In this document: positions 23,196-34,018 of the stretch, one piece after another
How the letters are laid out: every line of letters begins with the position of its first letter
How positions within the stretch are numbered: the stretch's first letter is position 1
NCBI GenBank assembly: GCA_963822445.1
Contig: CAWGHO010000002.1
Coordinates: 1,984,001-2,048,000, forward strand
Source: an uncultured Acidobacteriota bacterium
GTDB taxonomy: Bacteria > Acidobacteriota > Thermoanaerobaculia > Gp7-AA8
Length of the DNA stretch: 64,000 nucleotides
Direction: 5' to 3'
The notes under the pieces: generated by a model
The model's input: the letters and a program-made list of their open reading frames with translations, nothing else
What the model was told of the DNA's origin: nothing
Databases searched by the model: none
Position numbers and translations under genes: made by a program

Positions 23196-24967
23196 CCGTA
23201 CGGGTCTTCATGGAAGAAGTGGTCCGGCTGATCGCGAAACCGCGCGTCGAGCCGCTCCGCGCCGGGCGGCATAAGCTGAAGGCGGATGCTCTCCCCCGCG
23301 TAGGCGATCGTGTGCCTGCCGCGGCGTAAGTGCAGGACCGTGCCGACAGGAACGCGCCGGCCATTCACGGTTACTTCGGTTGGAAGGGGGCCCTGTTTTG
23401 CTGGACGAATCTTGAGGCCGAGCTCCTTGAGGCGAAAGACCGGTATCGGCATGAGCGGGTCGGGATAGACGCGATAGTGACCGTCGTATTTGAGCTCGAA
23501 TGTGCCCGGCCAGACGCGCGGTGCGTAGACGTAAATGTGACCCCAGAGATGGTCGTACTGGTCGCGCAGGTAGATGCGCAGCGGCGGCGAAATGCGATTG
23601 ACCATGTAGGTCCGCACGAGAAACTTCAGGTTCGACTGATGCAGCGTTTCCGCGACCGCGTAATGCCATGACTTGGGCGCAGCGAGCAAAGCGAACGGCG
23701 TGCGGTGATCGAAAACACGAAGCGCCGTCGTAACTTCGGGCCGCGAGTACAGCAGCTGGATCGCGGCGAAGTAACCGTCATTCCGTCCGAGCAGCATCTC
23801 CAGCGCATTGAGCGTTCGGCGTTGGGCGGCGCCATTGGCCGCGTAGAAGGACCAGGGCACGCGTATCAACGAAAGAAGGATGACACCGATATAGACCGCG
23901 CGCGCGATCGGTAGGAGCCGTCGTCGATCAGGGCGTGTCAGGAATCGATGCAACATCTCCATGGTCACGATCGAGACGACGAAGAGCGTCGGAAGGATGA
24001 GCACGAAGGAGTATGGCCACGGCTGCTTGAGCAGGATCACGGCGGCGAGGATTGCCGCGCCAAAGCCGAGGACGATTGCGTCGCGACGAGCCCCTGTTCG
24101 CAGCGACCGAACCAGCACCGCCAGGCCGGCGACTGTCCCTAACCATAAACCGGGATCGCGTGAGATCACCTGCGGCCAGTAACGTTCTCGCAGGCTCACC
24201 TTCAGTTCGGGAAGCTCGTCCTGGGCGACGCGCAGGGCGCTGAGAAACGTCGTATCGAAAATGGTTTTGAGCGGTGCGACGAGCGAAAACAGGGCAAAGT
24301 ACGCTACGAGCGGCGCCAGTGCACCTGCGGCAAATGCAAAAGCGGCGCGGGAGCCGCGGCGGATGTCGCGGCTCTGAATGATCCACAGCACGATGGCCAC
24401 GCCGCCGGCCACCGGGTAGAAAGCGCCTTTCTGGGAGACGAGAAAACTGAGGCCCGACAGCAGGCCGGCTGCGGCGTGACGCTGCTCCAGCAACAGCAGC
24501 AAGGCGATGAACCCGCAGATGCCAGTGAGCATGTCCACGCGCAGCTCGGCGCTGCGCTCGAGGAACGTCGATGTCGAGAGAAAGACCCCGAGCGCGAGAA
24601 GGATGGCCTTGCGCTCGAAGTGGCGGGGCAAGACGCGTACGGCGTAAAGAAGCGTGAGCGTGACGAGCAGCGCCGCCTGCAGCTTCACGAGGATCATCCC
24701 GGTCCACGTCGACGGTGCGATGGCGACGAGCGGCGCCTGGATGGCGTATCCGAGGATGGTTTTGTACGGCTGGTAGTCGCGGTACGGCATCTGGTGCGCG
24801 ACCTGCCACGCCGCGACGGCGCCGTGGAATTCATCCTCGATGAGCGGTCGATGGAGGACGTACGCGATTTCGATCAGGAGATAGGCGACGCAGATCGCGA
24901 TGGCGATCTTGTGGTACTGCCGGCCGTCGAATGATGACTCCGCGTCAGTCGTCGATTGGGAATGCAT
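23189..24967 (-). CDS. GT-C-like membrane glycosyltransferase
   Basis: DEFHGAVAAW...PYRDY after TM1, ELRVDML, SQKG, many TMs, C-terminal soluble domain. Confidence 0.7.
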   Translation of the reverse strand: MHSQSTTDAESSFDGRQYHKIAIAICVAYLLIEIAYVLHRPLIEDEFHGAVAAWQVAHQMPYRDYQPYKTILGYAIQAPLVAIAPSTWTGMILVKLQAALLVTLTLLYAVRVLPRHFERKAILLALGVFLSTSTFLERSAELRVDMLTGICGFIALLLLLEQRHAAAGLLSGLSFLVSQKGAFYPVAGGVAIVLWIIQSRDIRRGSRAAFAFAAGALAPLVAYFALFSLVAPLKTIFDTTFLSALRVAQDELPELKVSLRERYWPQVISRDPGLWLGTVAGLAVLVRSLRTGARRDAIVLGFGAAILAAVILLKQPWPYSFVLILPTLFVVSIVTMEMLHRFLTRPDRRRLLPIARAVYIGVILLSLIRVPWSFYAANGAAQRRTLNALEMLLGRNDGYFAAIQLLYSRPEVTTALRVFDHRTPFALLAAPKSWHYAVAETLHQSNLKFLVRTYMVNRISPPLRIYLRDQYDHLWGHIYVYAPRVWPGTFELKYDGHYRVYPDPLMPIPVFRLKELGLKIRPAKQGPLPTEVTVNGRRVPVGTVLHLRRGRHTIAYAGESIRLQLMPPGAERLDARFRDQPDHFFHEDPYGY

Positions 24968-24999
24968 TCGATTGTGCGTGAGGGACCGGCGCCATCATA

Positions 25000-25815
25000 T
25001 CAACCGCTGCCGAGAACGAGCTTGCGGAACATCCAGTGAATCAACCTCGGAGGCAGCGGAAGCAACACGATGAGCATGAGGATGCTGAAAGCGATCCCGG
25101 GCGTCAGTTCGTAACCGTAGTGCCGAAGGGCGTGGATCTTCAGACGGAGCGTGTCGCGCAGCGCGATCTTCAATCGCAGGTTTTTCCCCGACTCCTCGTG
25201 GATGCGATACGAAATCAACGCCTCGGGAAAGTTGTAGAACCTGCCATGCCGCGCGAGCCGCAACCAGAGGTCGTAATCTTCGGCCCACGGGAATTCATCG
25301 GTGTAGCCGCCGGCTGCGATCAGCGCGTCGCGCCGGGCCATCGTCGATGGCTGGGCGATGCAATTCATTCTCAATAGCGTGCGCTTGATCTCGTCGTCGT
25401 ACTCCGGATACTTGCGAAACCCGACCTCATTGGAATCGGCATCGACGAGGCGCAACGCCGATCCGACCAGAACGTGATCCGGATGTTCGCGGAGGAACGC
25501 GATCTGTTTCTCGAACCGTCCCGGCTCGCAGTAGTCATCGGCATCGATCATGGCGAACAGCTCGCCGCGCGCTTCCGCGAGGCCACGCTCGCGCGAGCGG
25601 GCGATGCCCTGACGCGTCTGATTGATGATCCGGATTCGCGGGTCACGGAACGTCGCGACGATGCGCTCGCTCTCGGCGGGATCGCCGTCATTGATGATCA
25701 GGAATTCGAATTCGCCGAACGACTGGGCGAGAGTTGTGGCGATGGCCTGATCGAGGTGGCGGCGGTCGACCTTGTAGAACGTCGTGAAGACCGTCAGTGG
25801 TGGGTTAGCGGCCAT
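25000..25815 (-). CDS. Family 2 glycosyltransferase
   Basis: IINDGD, ARGELFAMIDADD, AEDYDLWLR. Confidence 0.9.
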   Translation of the reverse strand: MAANPPLTVFTTFYKVDRRHLDQAIATTLAQSFGEFEFLIINDGDPAESERIVATFRDPRIRIINQTRQGIARSRERGLAEARGELFAMIDADDYCEPGRFEKQIAFLREHPDHVLVGSALRLVDADSNEVGFRKYPEYDDEIKRTLLRMNCIAQPSTMARRDALIAAGGYTDEFPWAEDYDLWLRLARHGRFYNFPEALISYRIHEESGKNLRLKIALRDTLRLKIHALRHYGYELTPGIAFSILMLIVLLPLPPRLIHWMFRKLVLGSG

Positions 25816-26791
25816 ATCCCGACGAACGATAGATGGTCTCGACCACTTCCAGCGCCGCACGCGCGTCGTCGAGATTGGCGGCGGGCCGCCGGCGCTGCGC
25901 AATGTCGTCGATCAACTCCGCCATCTCCAGTTCCCACGAACGATCGTTGCGGGGGTACTCCCACGCCGTCGTTTCCGGCGGGCCCATCTCCGGCAGCATG
26001 CGGTAGTGGGTGATGCGCTCGATCCCGTAACTGCCGCCGAGGCCCTCGATCTGGATCTTGCCGGTGCGACCGTAGATCTCGAACGAGAAGATGTTCTTCC
26101 ATTCGGTGCAGCTGACGTGCAGGAACGCAATGCGGCGCGCGCTCGTGGTGAGCGTCATGAAGGCGTTGTCGTCCACCGGCATGTCCCAGAAAAACGTGCG
26201 GGCGACGCCGTCGACGCCGGTGAAATCGCCAAGGAACCAGCGGGCCAGATCGATGAGATGCACGCCCTGATCGATGAGCTCTCCGCCACCGGAAAGTGCC
26301 GGGTTCGCGCGCCATTCCTTTTCGTATCCCAGGCGGCCGCCATGGCCGTAGCGTCCGCGGACGAACATCAGTTCCCCGACGGCGCCGGCATCGACCAGCT
26401 CGCGTGCCTTGATAAGCGCGGGATGGTAGCGATGGTTGAACCCGGCGCGAACGCGAACGTCGTGTGTCCGCTCGAGTGCGATGAGGCGCTCGATCTCCGC
26501 AACGGATCGACCACCCGGTTTCTCGAGGAGCACATGCTTGCCGGCCTGGATGGCGGCGGCGGCAATCTCCGCGAGGGCCTCGTTCGTTGTCGCGACCACG
26601 ACGGCGTCGACGCCATCGTGATCGAGAATCTCGCGCCAGTCGCGCGCCAGCTTGGCGCCGGTCGCCGAGGCGAGAGCGATCGCGCGATCGAGGTTGGCGT
26701 CGGCGCAGGCAATCAACCTCGCACCGGCGAGCGCGCCGGCGCGCCTCGCGCCGATCACCCCGCAGCCGATGATGCCGACGCCCAGCGTCAA
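25805..26791 (-). CDS. Gfo/Idh/MocA oxidoreductase (LmbZ-like)
   Basis: GIIGCGVIG, HVLLEKP, GFNHRYHP, YGHGGRLGYEKEWR, GGGELIDQGVHLID; TTG start overlaps the SDR stop. Confidence 0.88.
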   Translation of the reverse strand: MTLGVGIIGCGVIGARRAGALAGARLIACADANLDRAIALASATGAKLARDWREILDHDGVDAVVVATTNEALAEIAAAAIQAGKHVLLEKPGGRSVAEIERLIALERTHDVRVRAGFNHRYHPALIKARELVDAGAVGELMFVRGRYGHGGRLGYEKEWRANPALSGGGELIDQGVHLIDLARWFLGDFTGVDGVARTFFWDMPVDDNAFMTLTTSARRIAFLHVSCTEWKNIFSFEIYGRTGKIQIEGLGGSYGIERITHYRMLPEMGPPETTAWEYPRNDRSWELEMAELIDDIAQRRRPAANLDDARAALEVVETIYRSSGYGR

Positions 26792-27633
26792 CGCGAGCCC
26801 CAGTCCGGCACCACACGCCGGAGTGTGTAAATGTCGCTGCCACGCATCTCTTCGGCGCGCGAGGGGAGCTCGCGCCAGGGATCCCATGGCGCGCTGATGA
26901 GCTTTCCGGTGATCCCATCGCTCTCTGCCGAAGCGAGGAAGACGGCACAGGCGGCCGCCTCCTCGATGGACTGCCCCCCCGACGTCTGTTGCGCGAGCGC
27001 GCGGGCGTAGACCTCTTCGCCCACGCGCTCGGGTCCGGCTGTCAGCACGTCGTCGAGAAGACGTGTGTTCAGCGCGCCGGGCGCCAGGGCGTTGACCGAG
27101 ATGCGATGTTCCTTCAGTTCTTCGGCGATCGTTTCGGCGAAACGGACGGATGCCGCCTTTGACGCGGCGTAGGCGGACATGCGCGGCATCGGTTTGGTCG
27201 CGCCGCCGCCCGAGATCTGGATGATCTTTCCGTAGCCGCGGCGCTTCATGTGTGGCACCACGGCGCGGCAAAGCAGGACTGAACCGAGCAGGTTCACTTC
27301 GATCGCGGCGCGCCATTCATCCCAATCCGTCTCTTCGAACGGGCCCTTCGGCCCGTGGATGCCGGCGTTGTTGACGAGGACGTCGACACCGCCGAATGCG
27401 CTCACGGCCTCCGCGACGAGCGATTCGACGTCGTCCGGGCTGGCGACGTTGGCGCGGACAGCGAGGACGTCGCTGCCGAGGACGCGCCTTGCCTCCTGGA
27501 GTGAAGCCTCGTCGCGGCCGCAGATGGCGATGCGTGCACCCTCTGCGGCGAAGGCCTGGGCGATGGCCAACCCGAGTCCCTGAGAGCCGCCAGTGATGAT
27601 CGCGGCACGACCTTCCAGCCTCAGTTGCTTCAA
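26788..27633 (-). CDS. Short-chain dehydrogenase/reductase
   Basis: TGGSQGLG, VNNAG, YAASK. Confidence 0.9.
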   Translation of the reverse strand: MKQLRLEGRAAIITGGSQGLGLAIAQAFAAEGARIAICGRDEASLQEARRVLGSDVLAVRANVASPDDVESLVAEAVSAFGGVDVLVNNAGIHGPKGPFEETDWDEWRAAIEVNLLGSVLLCRAVVPHMKRRGYGKIIQISGGGATKPMPRMSAYAASKAASVRFAETIAEELKEHRISVNALAPGALNTRLLDDVLTAGPERVGEEVYARALAQQTSGGQSIEEAAACAVFLASAESDGITGKLISAPWDPWRELPSRAEEMRGSDIYTLRRVVPDWGSR

Positions 27634-27644
27634 GGCGGGCGATC

Positions 27645-28592
27645 TTAGCGCGAAGGGCTGGCCGTCTGCAGGTAGGTCAGGGTGCGCAGCACGGCCTCGC
27701 GGATCGACAGCGACGGCTTCCAACCGAGGCCGCGGATGCGGCTGCAGTCGAGAAAGATGAACGGGTTATCGCCGACCCATCCGCGCGAGCCGCCGCTGTA
27801 GGTCAGGCGTGGGCTGATGCCGAGCGCTTCGGTGATCCATCCCACCGAGTCGTTGACCTCGCAGTACTCGTCGGTGCCGAGGTTGAAGATGTTCACCTTC
27901 TGAGCCGCGTTGTCCAGCGCCAGAAGCATGGCGTCGATGCAGTCCTGAACGTAGAGGTACGACTTCTTCTGATGCCCGTCGCCGAGGATGTGCAGCTCGC
28001 CGGGGCTCTCGCGCAGCTTGCGATAGAAGTCGAAGACATGTCCGTGCGTGTATCGCTCACCGAGAATCGAGACGAACCGGAAAATGAAGCCCTGAAACCC
28101 GTAGGCCTCGCAATGGGCCTCGATCAACCCCTCGCCAGCCAGTTTTGACGAGGCATAGAAGGACGTCTGCACCGGAAAGGGAGCGTCTTCCGGTGTCGGG
28201 ATGACGCCGGCTTCGCCGTACACCGATCCGGTCGACGAGAACGCGATGCGGCGGACGCCGTTGTTGCGCATCGCTTCGAGGACGTTGAACGTGGCGATCG
28301 TGTTCTGTTCCAGGTCACGTCGCGGATCGAGTGCGCCGAAGCGGACGTCGGCATTTGCGGCGAGATGAAAGACGATCTCGCAGCCGCGCATCGCTTCGGT
28401 GAGGGCGGCAGTGTCGAGCGTGTCGCCACGGACGATCCTGGCGCGCGGCGAGGTCCGGGCGGAGGTGAGGAAATCCTCGCGACCGGTGGAGAAATTGTCG
28501 TAAATGACGACCTCGTCGCCGCGCTCGAGCAGACGGTCGGTGAGGTTGCTTCCGATGAAGCCGGCGCCTCCGGTGATGAAGATCCTGGTCAT
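27645..28592 (-). CDS. NAD-dependent NDP-sugar epimerase/dehydratase (LmbM-like)
   Basis: TGGAGFIG, HLAANADVRFG, SSTGSVYG, YASSK. Confidence 0.92.
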   Translation of the reverse strand: MTRIFITGGAGFIGSNLTDRLLERGDEVVIYDNFSTGREDFLTSARTSPRARIVRGDTLDTAALTEAMRGCEIVFHLAANADVRFGALDPRRDLEQNTIATFNVLEAMRNNGVRRIAFSSTGSVYGEAGVIPTPEDAPFPVQTSFYASSKLAGEGLIEAHCEAYGFQGFIFRFVSILGERYTHGHVFDFYRKLRESPGELHILGDGHQKKSYLYVQDCIDAMLLALDNAAQKVNIFNLGTDEYCEVNDSVGWITEALGISPRLTYSGGSRGWVGDNPFIFLDCSRIRGLGWKPSLSIREAVLRTLTYLQTASPSR

Positions 28593-28643
28593 TACGGACG
28601 GCGAGCGAGTATACGGGAAGCTTCTGCTACTCTGCGCTCCTTC

Positions 28644-30503
28644 ATGCTCATCGTGCTGTCGGTGCTCGCGTTCCTGTTCTTTGGATGGGAGAGCGCGAGA
28701 GTTCTGGCGCGCAAGCATGAGAGCGGCCCATTCGAGCATGCCACGTGGGCGGCCGTCATCGCCGTAGCGTTATGGCTGGGAAGCGTCTGGGCTCTGGCGC
28801 TGGCTAAGCTGATGATCCCGTGGGTGCTGTTGACGCGCAGCGCCGTCGTGGCCGTCCTGGCGGTCGTCATGCGGCGGCGTTGGGGCGGCCACAAACCGCC
28901 CGCCGTTGCTCCCAAATACCTGCTTCTGCTAGCACCCATCGCGCTCTGGATGGTCTTCGTGATGTGGCGAGGGACGATCATTCCGCCGCTGACGCACGAC
29001 GCGCTGGCGTACCACCTCCCGAAGGCGGTCATGTATGCGCGCGCCGGCGGTTTCGAGGTTTTAGAAGCGCTCGATCCGCGCATTCGCGACATTCCGGCAA
29101 GCTACGAGATGCTGCTCGCCGAGAGTCTTGTCCTCGAAGGGAACGACGACCTGACCGAATGGCATAGCACGCTGTTCTATCTCTTGTTCGCCGTGGCGGC
29201 GGGGGCGCTTGCCGAGCGTTGGTGGCGCGGACGGGAGCTGGGTGCAGCGGCGGCATGTCTCCTGACCGCGGGCGTGCCGGTGGTGCTCCTCGGCAGCGGA
29301 CTGCACAAGAACGATCTGATGATCGGGTGGGCGGTCGTGGCGGCACTGGTGGCGGCGGGACGATGGCTCACTACCGGAGAGCGATTCTCGCTCCTGCTGT
29401 CGATCACCGCCTTCGCCATCGCGGTGGGGACCAAGCCCCAGGGGGGATTGCTGGCGCTGGCGATCACACCGTTCCTGGCGTGGCGCTGGTGGCGGATGCC
29501 GCGGAGATGGCGCGAGCTCGCGATCGCCGTGCCCTTCGCGGTCGCGGCGTTTTTTCTGCTGGGCGGCGTCGTTTACGTCACCACGCCGCCGACTACCGGA
29601 CAAACGCCGATCGTGTACGGCGACTGGAGCAATCTCTGGCAAGGGCCCTGGGTGCTGCTCGCGGCGCCGTTCTCGCCGAACCCATTCGCGTTGCGGGTGC
29701 CGTGGGAAACGACGTCCTGGTTCTGGCGCAAGTACGAGATCTATTTCTCGCACGCGGGCGTGCCGTTCGTCCTCTGCGCATTGGCCCTGCCGCTCGTTCT
29801 CGCGCGGATCCGTGGTTCGGAAGGCCCGGCGTTCGAGAGGATCGCCGTGACAGTCGCAAGCGTCATCACGGTTGCGATCATGCTTCCGGTGGTCTTCACG
29901 CCGCACGGTCTCTACACAGTGTCCCTGCCGCGCTACGTGGTGTTCCTCTACCCCGTCGCGTTCGCGGCGGTGATTCCGGCAATGACGATGCGTGCGGGGC
30001 GTGGTGTCGTGGTCGGTTCGCTGGTCGTCTTCGTCTGGTACGCGATCGAGAACGGCACGCGGGACACGTTCGTCCCGCCCCGATACCTGAAGTATGCGAT
30101 CGAGCATCGTGGCACGCGGGTCGTGGCCTTCGAACCGAATCGGGCCGCAAGCGTGCTCGATCGCGCGGCGGGACCGCACGAAACGGTCGCCTTCGACGCC
30201 GGGTTCGGCTCGTGGCTGCATCCGGCGTTCGGCCGCGAGCTGACGCGTAAGCTGGTGGTGATCCCGCAGGACGGCGCGATTCCTGATGAGGCGGATTGGG
30301 TGGTGGTGGACCGCGCCTGGAGCATCATCTGGGGCCATCCCGACCTTCGCGATCTCAGCCAGACGCGCTATCTTCTCGGGCGAGGTTGGCCGCTCCCGGA
30401 GGACCTGCGCGTCGTGCACGCGCTTCGCCGCGACGAGCGCTTCGAGACGGTGTTCTACAATCCGAGGATCAACCAGGCCGTCTTCCGTCGCGTCCACAAA
30501 TGA
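28644..30503 (+). CDS. GT-C-like multi-TM membrane protein
   Basis: HDALAYHLPKA, KNDL, AVGTK motifs; many TMs. Confidence 0.7.
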   Translation: MLIVLSVLAFLFFGWESARVLARKHESGPFEHATWAAVIAVALWLGSVWALALAKLMIPWVLLTRSAVVAVLAVVMRRRWGGHKPPAVAPKYLLLLAPIALWMVFVMWRGTIIPPLTHDALAYHLPKAVMYARAGGFEVLEALDPRIRDIPASYEMLLAESLVLEGNDDLTEWHSTLFYLLFAVAAGALAERWWRGRELGAAAACLLTAGVPVVLLGSGLHKNDLMIGWAVVAALVAAGRWLTTGERFSLLLSITAFAIAVGTKPQGGLLALAITPFLAWRWWRMPRRWRELAIAVPFAVAAFFLLGGVVYVTTPPTTGQTPIVYGDWSNLWQGPWVLLAAPFSPNPFALRVPWETTSWFWRKYEIYFSHAGVPFVLCALALPLVLARIRGSEGPAFERIAVTVASVITVAIMLPVVFTPHGLYTVSLPRYVVFLYPVAFAAVIPAMTMRAGRGVVVGSLVVFVWYAIENGTRDTFVPPRYLKYAIEHRGTRVVAFEPNRAASVLDRAAGPHETVAFDAGFGSWLHPAFGRELTRKLVVIPQDGAIPDEADWVVVDRAWSIIWGHPDLRDLSQTRYLLGRGWPLPEDLRVVHALRRDERFETVFYNPRINQAVFRRVHK

Positions 30504-31177
30504 GCACTCGGGTATTCATTGTCGTTCCCGCCTACAACGAGGCGGCAGCCATAGGCGCGGTGGTGCGCACCGTGCGCAAAGTCTGGACGAACGTGGTCGT
30601 GGTGGATGACGGCTCGGCCGACGAGACTGCAGCGGAGGCGCGCGGGGCCGGCGCGACCGTCCTGCGCCACATCTTCAACCGCGGTCAGGGTGCTGCGCTG
30701 CAGACCGGGATCGACTACAGCCTGCGGCGCGGCGCGGACGTCATCGTCACATTCGACGCCGACGGCCAGCATCGTGTCGAGGACGTACGAAAGCTCCTCG
30801 ACGCGCTCTCCGTCAGCGGTGCCGACATCGCCATCGGCTCGCGCTTCCTTGGAAGCCCGAAGAACATCCCCATCCTCCGCCGGGCAGTGCTCCGCATCGC
30901 CACGGTCTTCATGCGCTTCACTTCCGGCGTCCCGCTGACCGACGCGCACAATGGACTCCGCGCATTCACCGCGTCGGCGGCGCGGCGGATTCACATCACA
31001 CTCGACGGCATGGCTCACGCGAGCGAGATCGTCGACCAGATCTACTGGAATGACCTCGAGGTAGTCGAAGTGCCGGTCGTCATCGAGTACACGGAATACT
31101 CGCGCACGAAAGGACAGTCTGGATTCGCCGCGATCCGCATTGCGTTCGACTATCTGCTCAAGCGATGGCTACGTTGA
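30500..31177 (+). CDS. DPM1-like GT2 (polyprenol-phosphate glycosyltransferase)
   Basis: VPAYNE, VDDGSAD, NRGQGAAL, FDADGQH, GSRF, TDAHNGLR. Confidence 0.9.
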   Translation: MSTRVFIVVPAYNEAAAIGAVVRTVRKVWTNVVVVDDGSADETAAEARGAGATVLRHIFNRGQGAALQTGIDYSLRRGADVIVTFDADGQHRVEDVRKLLDALSVSGADIAIGSRFLGSPKNIPILRRAVLRIATVFMRFTSGVPLTDAHNGLRAFTASAARRIHITLDGMAHASEIVDQIYWNDLEVVEVPVVIEYTEYSRTKGQSGFAAIRIAFDYLLKRWLR

Positions 31178-31563
31178 CCACCTTCCAGCTGATCGTCCTG
31201 CCGTTCATCGCCCTCGTGATCGTGGTGACTGGAATCGCGACGGCGCGCAATCGCATCGGGCGCCGCACCGGCGTGGCCTGGATCGTCCTGTGGCTTGCCG
31301 CCGCGATCTTCATCGCCCGACCCGACTATCTGGTGACGCTGGCGAACCTCCTCGGCATCGGACGAGGGGCCGATCTCGCGCTCTACGCGTCGATCCTTTT
31401 CACGTTCGCAGGATTCTTCGTGCTGTACCTGCGATACAGGCGGGTCACGGAACAGCTCACTGCCATCGTCCGGCACCTGGCCATTGCCGAGGCCGAGCGG
31501 AAAGCCGAGAAAGCCGACGCGCCGGCCGAGGCGTTGTCTCGAGAACAGACCGAAACGTGCTGA
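31165..31563 (+). CDS. DUF2304-like small membrane partner of the GT2
   Basis: Three TMs, LANLLGIGRGADL, ..TAIVRHLAI; overlaps the GT2 stop. Confidence 0.8.
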   Translation: MATLTTFQLIVLPFIALVIVVTGIATARNRIGRRTGVAWIVLWLAAAIFIARPDYLVTLANLLGIGRGADLALYASILFTFAGFFVLYLRYRRVTEQLTAIVRHLAIAEAERKAEKADAPAEALSREQTETC

Positions 31564-32270
31564 AGAATTTTTTCACCAACCTGTACGCCGCGGCGTCGAA
31601 CCTCAACCGCGCCAACATCACCGCGTTACTGCGGCGGGGGAGCGGCGGGAAACCGGTCGAGCGGTTGCTCGATCTCGGCTGTGACGACGGCGTGTGGAGC
31701 CTCAATCTCGCTCGGGCGACCGGCGCCGCCGAGGTGCACGGCGTGGAGATCGTCCCCGAGGCGGCGGAAAAGGCGGAAGCGCTGGGAGTACGCGTGTGGA
31801 GGCTCAATCTCAACGCGAAGCTGGACGAGCTGCCGAGCAACCACTATGACCTCATCCACGCCAACCAGGTCATCGAGCACGTGACGAACGTCGACATGTT
31901 CGTTTCGGAGGTCTACCGTCTGCTGAAGCCGGGGGGCTATGCCGTGATCAGCACCGAGAACGGAAGCAGCTGGCACAACGTCTTCGCCGCGATCATGGGG
32001 TGGCAGATATTCTCCCTCACGAACGTATCCGAGAAGATCGCGGGCCTCGGCAATCCGTGCGCGATCCAGCGCGGCAGTGAAGCGTTCGCCGCGACCTGGA
32101 CGCACAAGACGATCTTCAACTACCGCGGACTCATCGAGATGTTCGAGGTCCACGGCTTCCGCGACATCGCCATGAGCGGGGCCGGCTACTTCCCGTTGCC
32201 GGCGCGGCTCGGCACTCTCGATGTGCGCCACAGCGCGTTCATCACCATCGGTGCGCGGAAGGAAAAATAG
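31557..32270 (+). CDS. Class I SAM-dependent methyltransferase
   Basis: LDLGCDDG, NQVIEH, LKPGG. Confidence 0.88.
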   Translation: MLKNFFTNLYAAASNLNRANITALLRRGSGGKPVERLLDLGCDDGVWSLNLARATGAAEVHGVEIVPEAAEKAEALGVRVWRLNLNAKLDELPSNHYDLIHANQVIEHVTNVDMFVSEVYRLLKPGGYAVISTENGSSWHNVFAAIMGWQIFSLTNVSEKIAGLGNPCAIQRGSEAFAATWTHKTIFNYRGLIEMFEVHGFRDIAMSGAGYFPLPARLGTLDVRHSAFITIGARKEK

Positions 32271-32303
32271 GCAGGCCGGCTTCCCGAGTAAAATGGCCGC
32301 CCT

Positions 32304-33017
32304 GTGATGGTCCCTCAACTCAAAATATCCATTTACGCCGACGGTGCCGACGTGCGCGACATGATTGCCGCCCGCGACGGCGGCCTCGTGAAAGGCTTCA
32401 CCACCAACCCGACCCTGATGCGGAAGTGCGGCGTCGCCGATTACGCCGCATTTGCCCGCGAGGCGTTGGACGCAACCGGCGGGATGCCGATCTCCTTCGA
32501 AGTCTTCGCCGACGACTTCGACGAGATGGAGCGCCAGGCGAAGCTCATCGCCACCTGGGGCGAGCCGGTCTTCGTGAAGATCCCCATCACGAACACGAAA
32601 GGGGAGTCGGCCATCCCGCTGATCAAACGGCTCGCCGATGCAGGCGTAAAGCTGAACGTGACCGCGATTCTCACCCTCGATCAGGTTCGGGCAGTGGTCG
32701 ACGCGCTGAATCCCGATATTCCCGCGATCGTCTCCGTGTTCGCGGGGCGCATCGCCGATACCGGTCGCGATCCCGTTCCACTCATGCGAGAGGCCGCTGA
32801 GATCTGCGCCGCGAAACCAAAAGCGGAACTGCTCTGGGCCAGTCCTCGCGAGTTGCTGAACATCTTTCAGGCCGAGGAGTGCGGCTGCCGCATCATCACC
32901 GTCACGTCGGACATCCTCAAGAAGCTGGCCATGGTCGGCAAGTCGCTCGACGAGCTGTCGCTGGACACGGTGAAGATGTTCTACAACGACGCCTCCGCGG
33001 CCGGATTCAAGCTGTGA
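32304..33017 (+). CDS. Short transaldolase (glycan-cluster type)
   Basis: YADGAD, GFTTNPTL, VFVKIP, NVTA, SVFAGRIAD. Confidence 0.92.
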   Translation: MMVPQLKISIYADGADVRDMIAARDGGLVKGFTTNPTLMRKCGVADYAAFAREALDATGGMPISFEVFADDFDEMERQAKLIATWGEPVFVKIPITNTKGESAIPLIKRLADAGVKLNVTAILTLDQVRAVVDALNPDIPAIVSVFAGRIADTGRDPVPLMREAAEICAAKPKAELLWASPRELLNIFQAEECGCRIITVTSDILKKLAMVGKSLDELSLDTVKMFYNDASAAGFKL

Positions 33018-34015
33018 TCGTCACGCGCACGCCTTTCCGGGTCACCCTCGGCGGCGGCGGAACCGATCTTCCCTCGTACTACTCGCAGCATGGCGGCTTC
33101 ATCTTCGCGATGGGCCTCGACAAATACATGTACGTGACGGTGAACCGCCCGACCGTCGGCCGGAAGATCCGCCTGCATTACTCGCAGAGCGAAGTCGTCG
33201 ATCACGTCTCCGAGCTGCGCCACGAGCTGGCCCGCGAGGCCCTGCGCGCGCACGGGATCGAGCACAGCTTCGAGGTCGCCTCGATCGCTGACCTGCCCGC
33301 CGGCACCGGCCTCGGCTCGTCGAGTTGCTACCTCGTCGGTCTCCTCAACGCCCTTCATCACGACCGCCGCGACTACGTTCCGCTGCAGTCGCTCGCCGAA
33401 GAGGCCTGCCGCATCGAGCTGGAGATCCTGAAGCAGCCGATCGGCAAGCAGGATCAGTACATGGCTTCCTACGGCGGCCTGACCGTGCTCGAGATCGCGC
33501 GTGACGGCGCGGTGGCGGTTCGCCAGTTGCGGCCCAGCAGCAGCGACATCGCAGAGATGGTCGCGCACACGCACATCTACTACACCGGCTCGCAGCGCGA
33601 CGCGCGCGAAGTTCTGCACGAGCAGAACATGGCCATGCACAAGAAGGACGGCACCGACCACGCGCGTGTTTCGGAGAGCCTCCAGCGGATTCAGGACCTC
33701 GGCTACCGGATCCTCGAAGCCATCGAAAACTCGAACTTCGATCGCTGGGGCGAGCTCCTGCACGAGCATTGGACGAGCAAAAAGAAAATGTCCTCGAAGA
33801 TCTCGCTGACGAAGGTGGATGAGATCTATGACGAGGTGCGCGATCGCTTCGGCGTGCTCGGTGGAAAGATCATCGGCGCGGGCGGCGGCGGATTTCTGAT
33901 GCTGTACTGCCCGGCCCATCACGGCTCGCTCGAGCGATTCATGGAAGACCAGGACATGCCGCGCATGCACTACACCATCGAGCCCGAGGGGACGAAGGTC
34001 GTGGCGCAGACGTGA
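33014..34015 (+). CDS. GHMP sugar-phosphate kinase (HddA/LmbP-like)
   Basis: RTPFRVTLGGGGTD, PAGTGLGSS, GKQDQY, GGKIIGAGGGGF. Confidence 0.92.
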   Translation: MIVTRTPFRVTLGGGGTDLPSYYSQHGGFIFAMGLDKYMYVTVNRPTVGRKIRLHYSQSEVVDHVSELRHELAREALRAHGIEHSFEVASIADLPAGTGLGSSSCYLVGLLNALHHDRRDYVPLQSLAEEACRIELEILKQPIGKQDQYMASYGGLTVLEIARDGAVAVRQLRPSSSDIAEMVAHTHIYYTGSQRDAREVLHEQNMAMHKKDGTDHARVSESLQRIQDLGYRILEAIENSNFDRWGELLHEHWTSKKKMSSKISLTKVDEIYDEVRDRFGVLGGKIIGAGGGGFLMLYCPAHHGSLERFMEDQDMPRMHYTIEPEGTKVVAQT

Positions 34016-34018
34016 TTT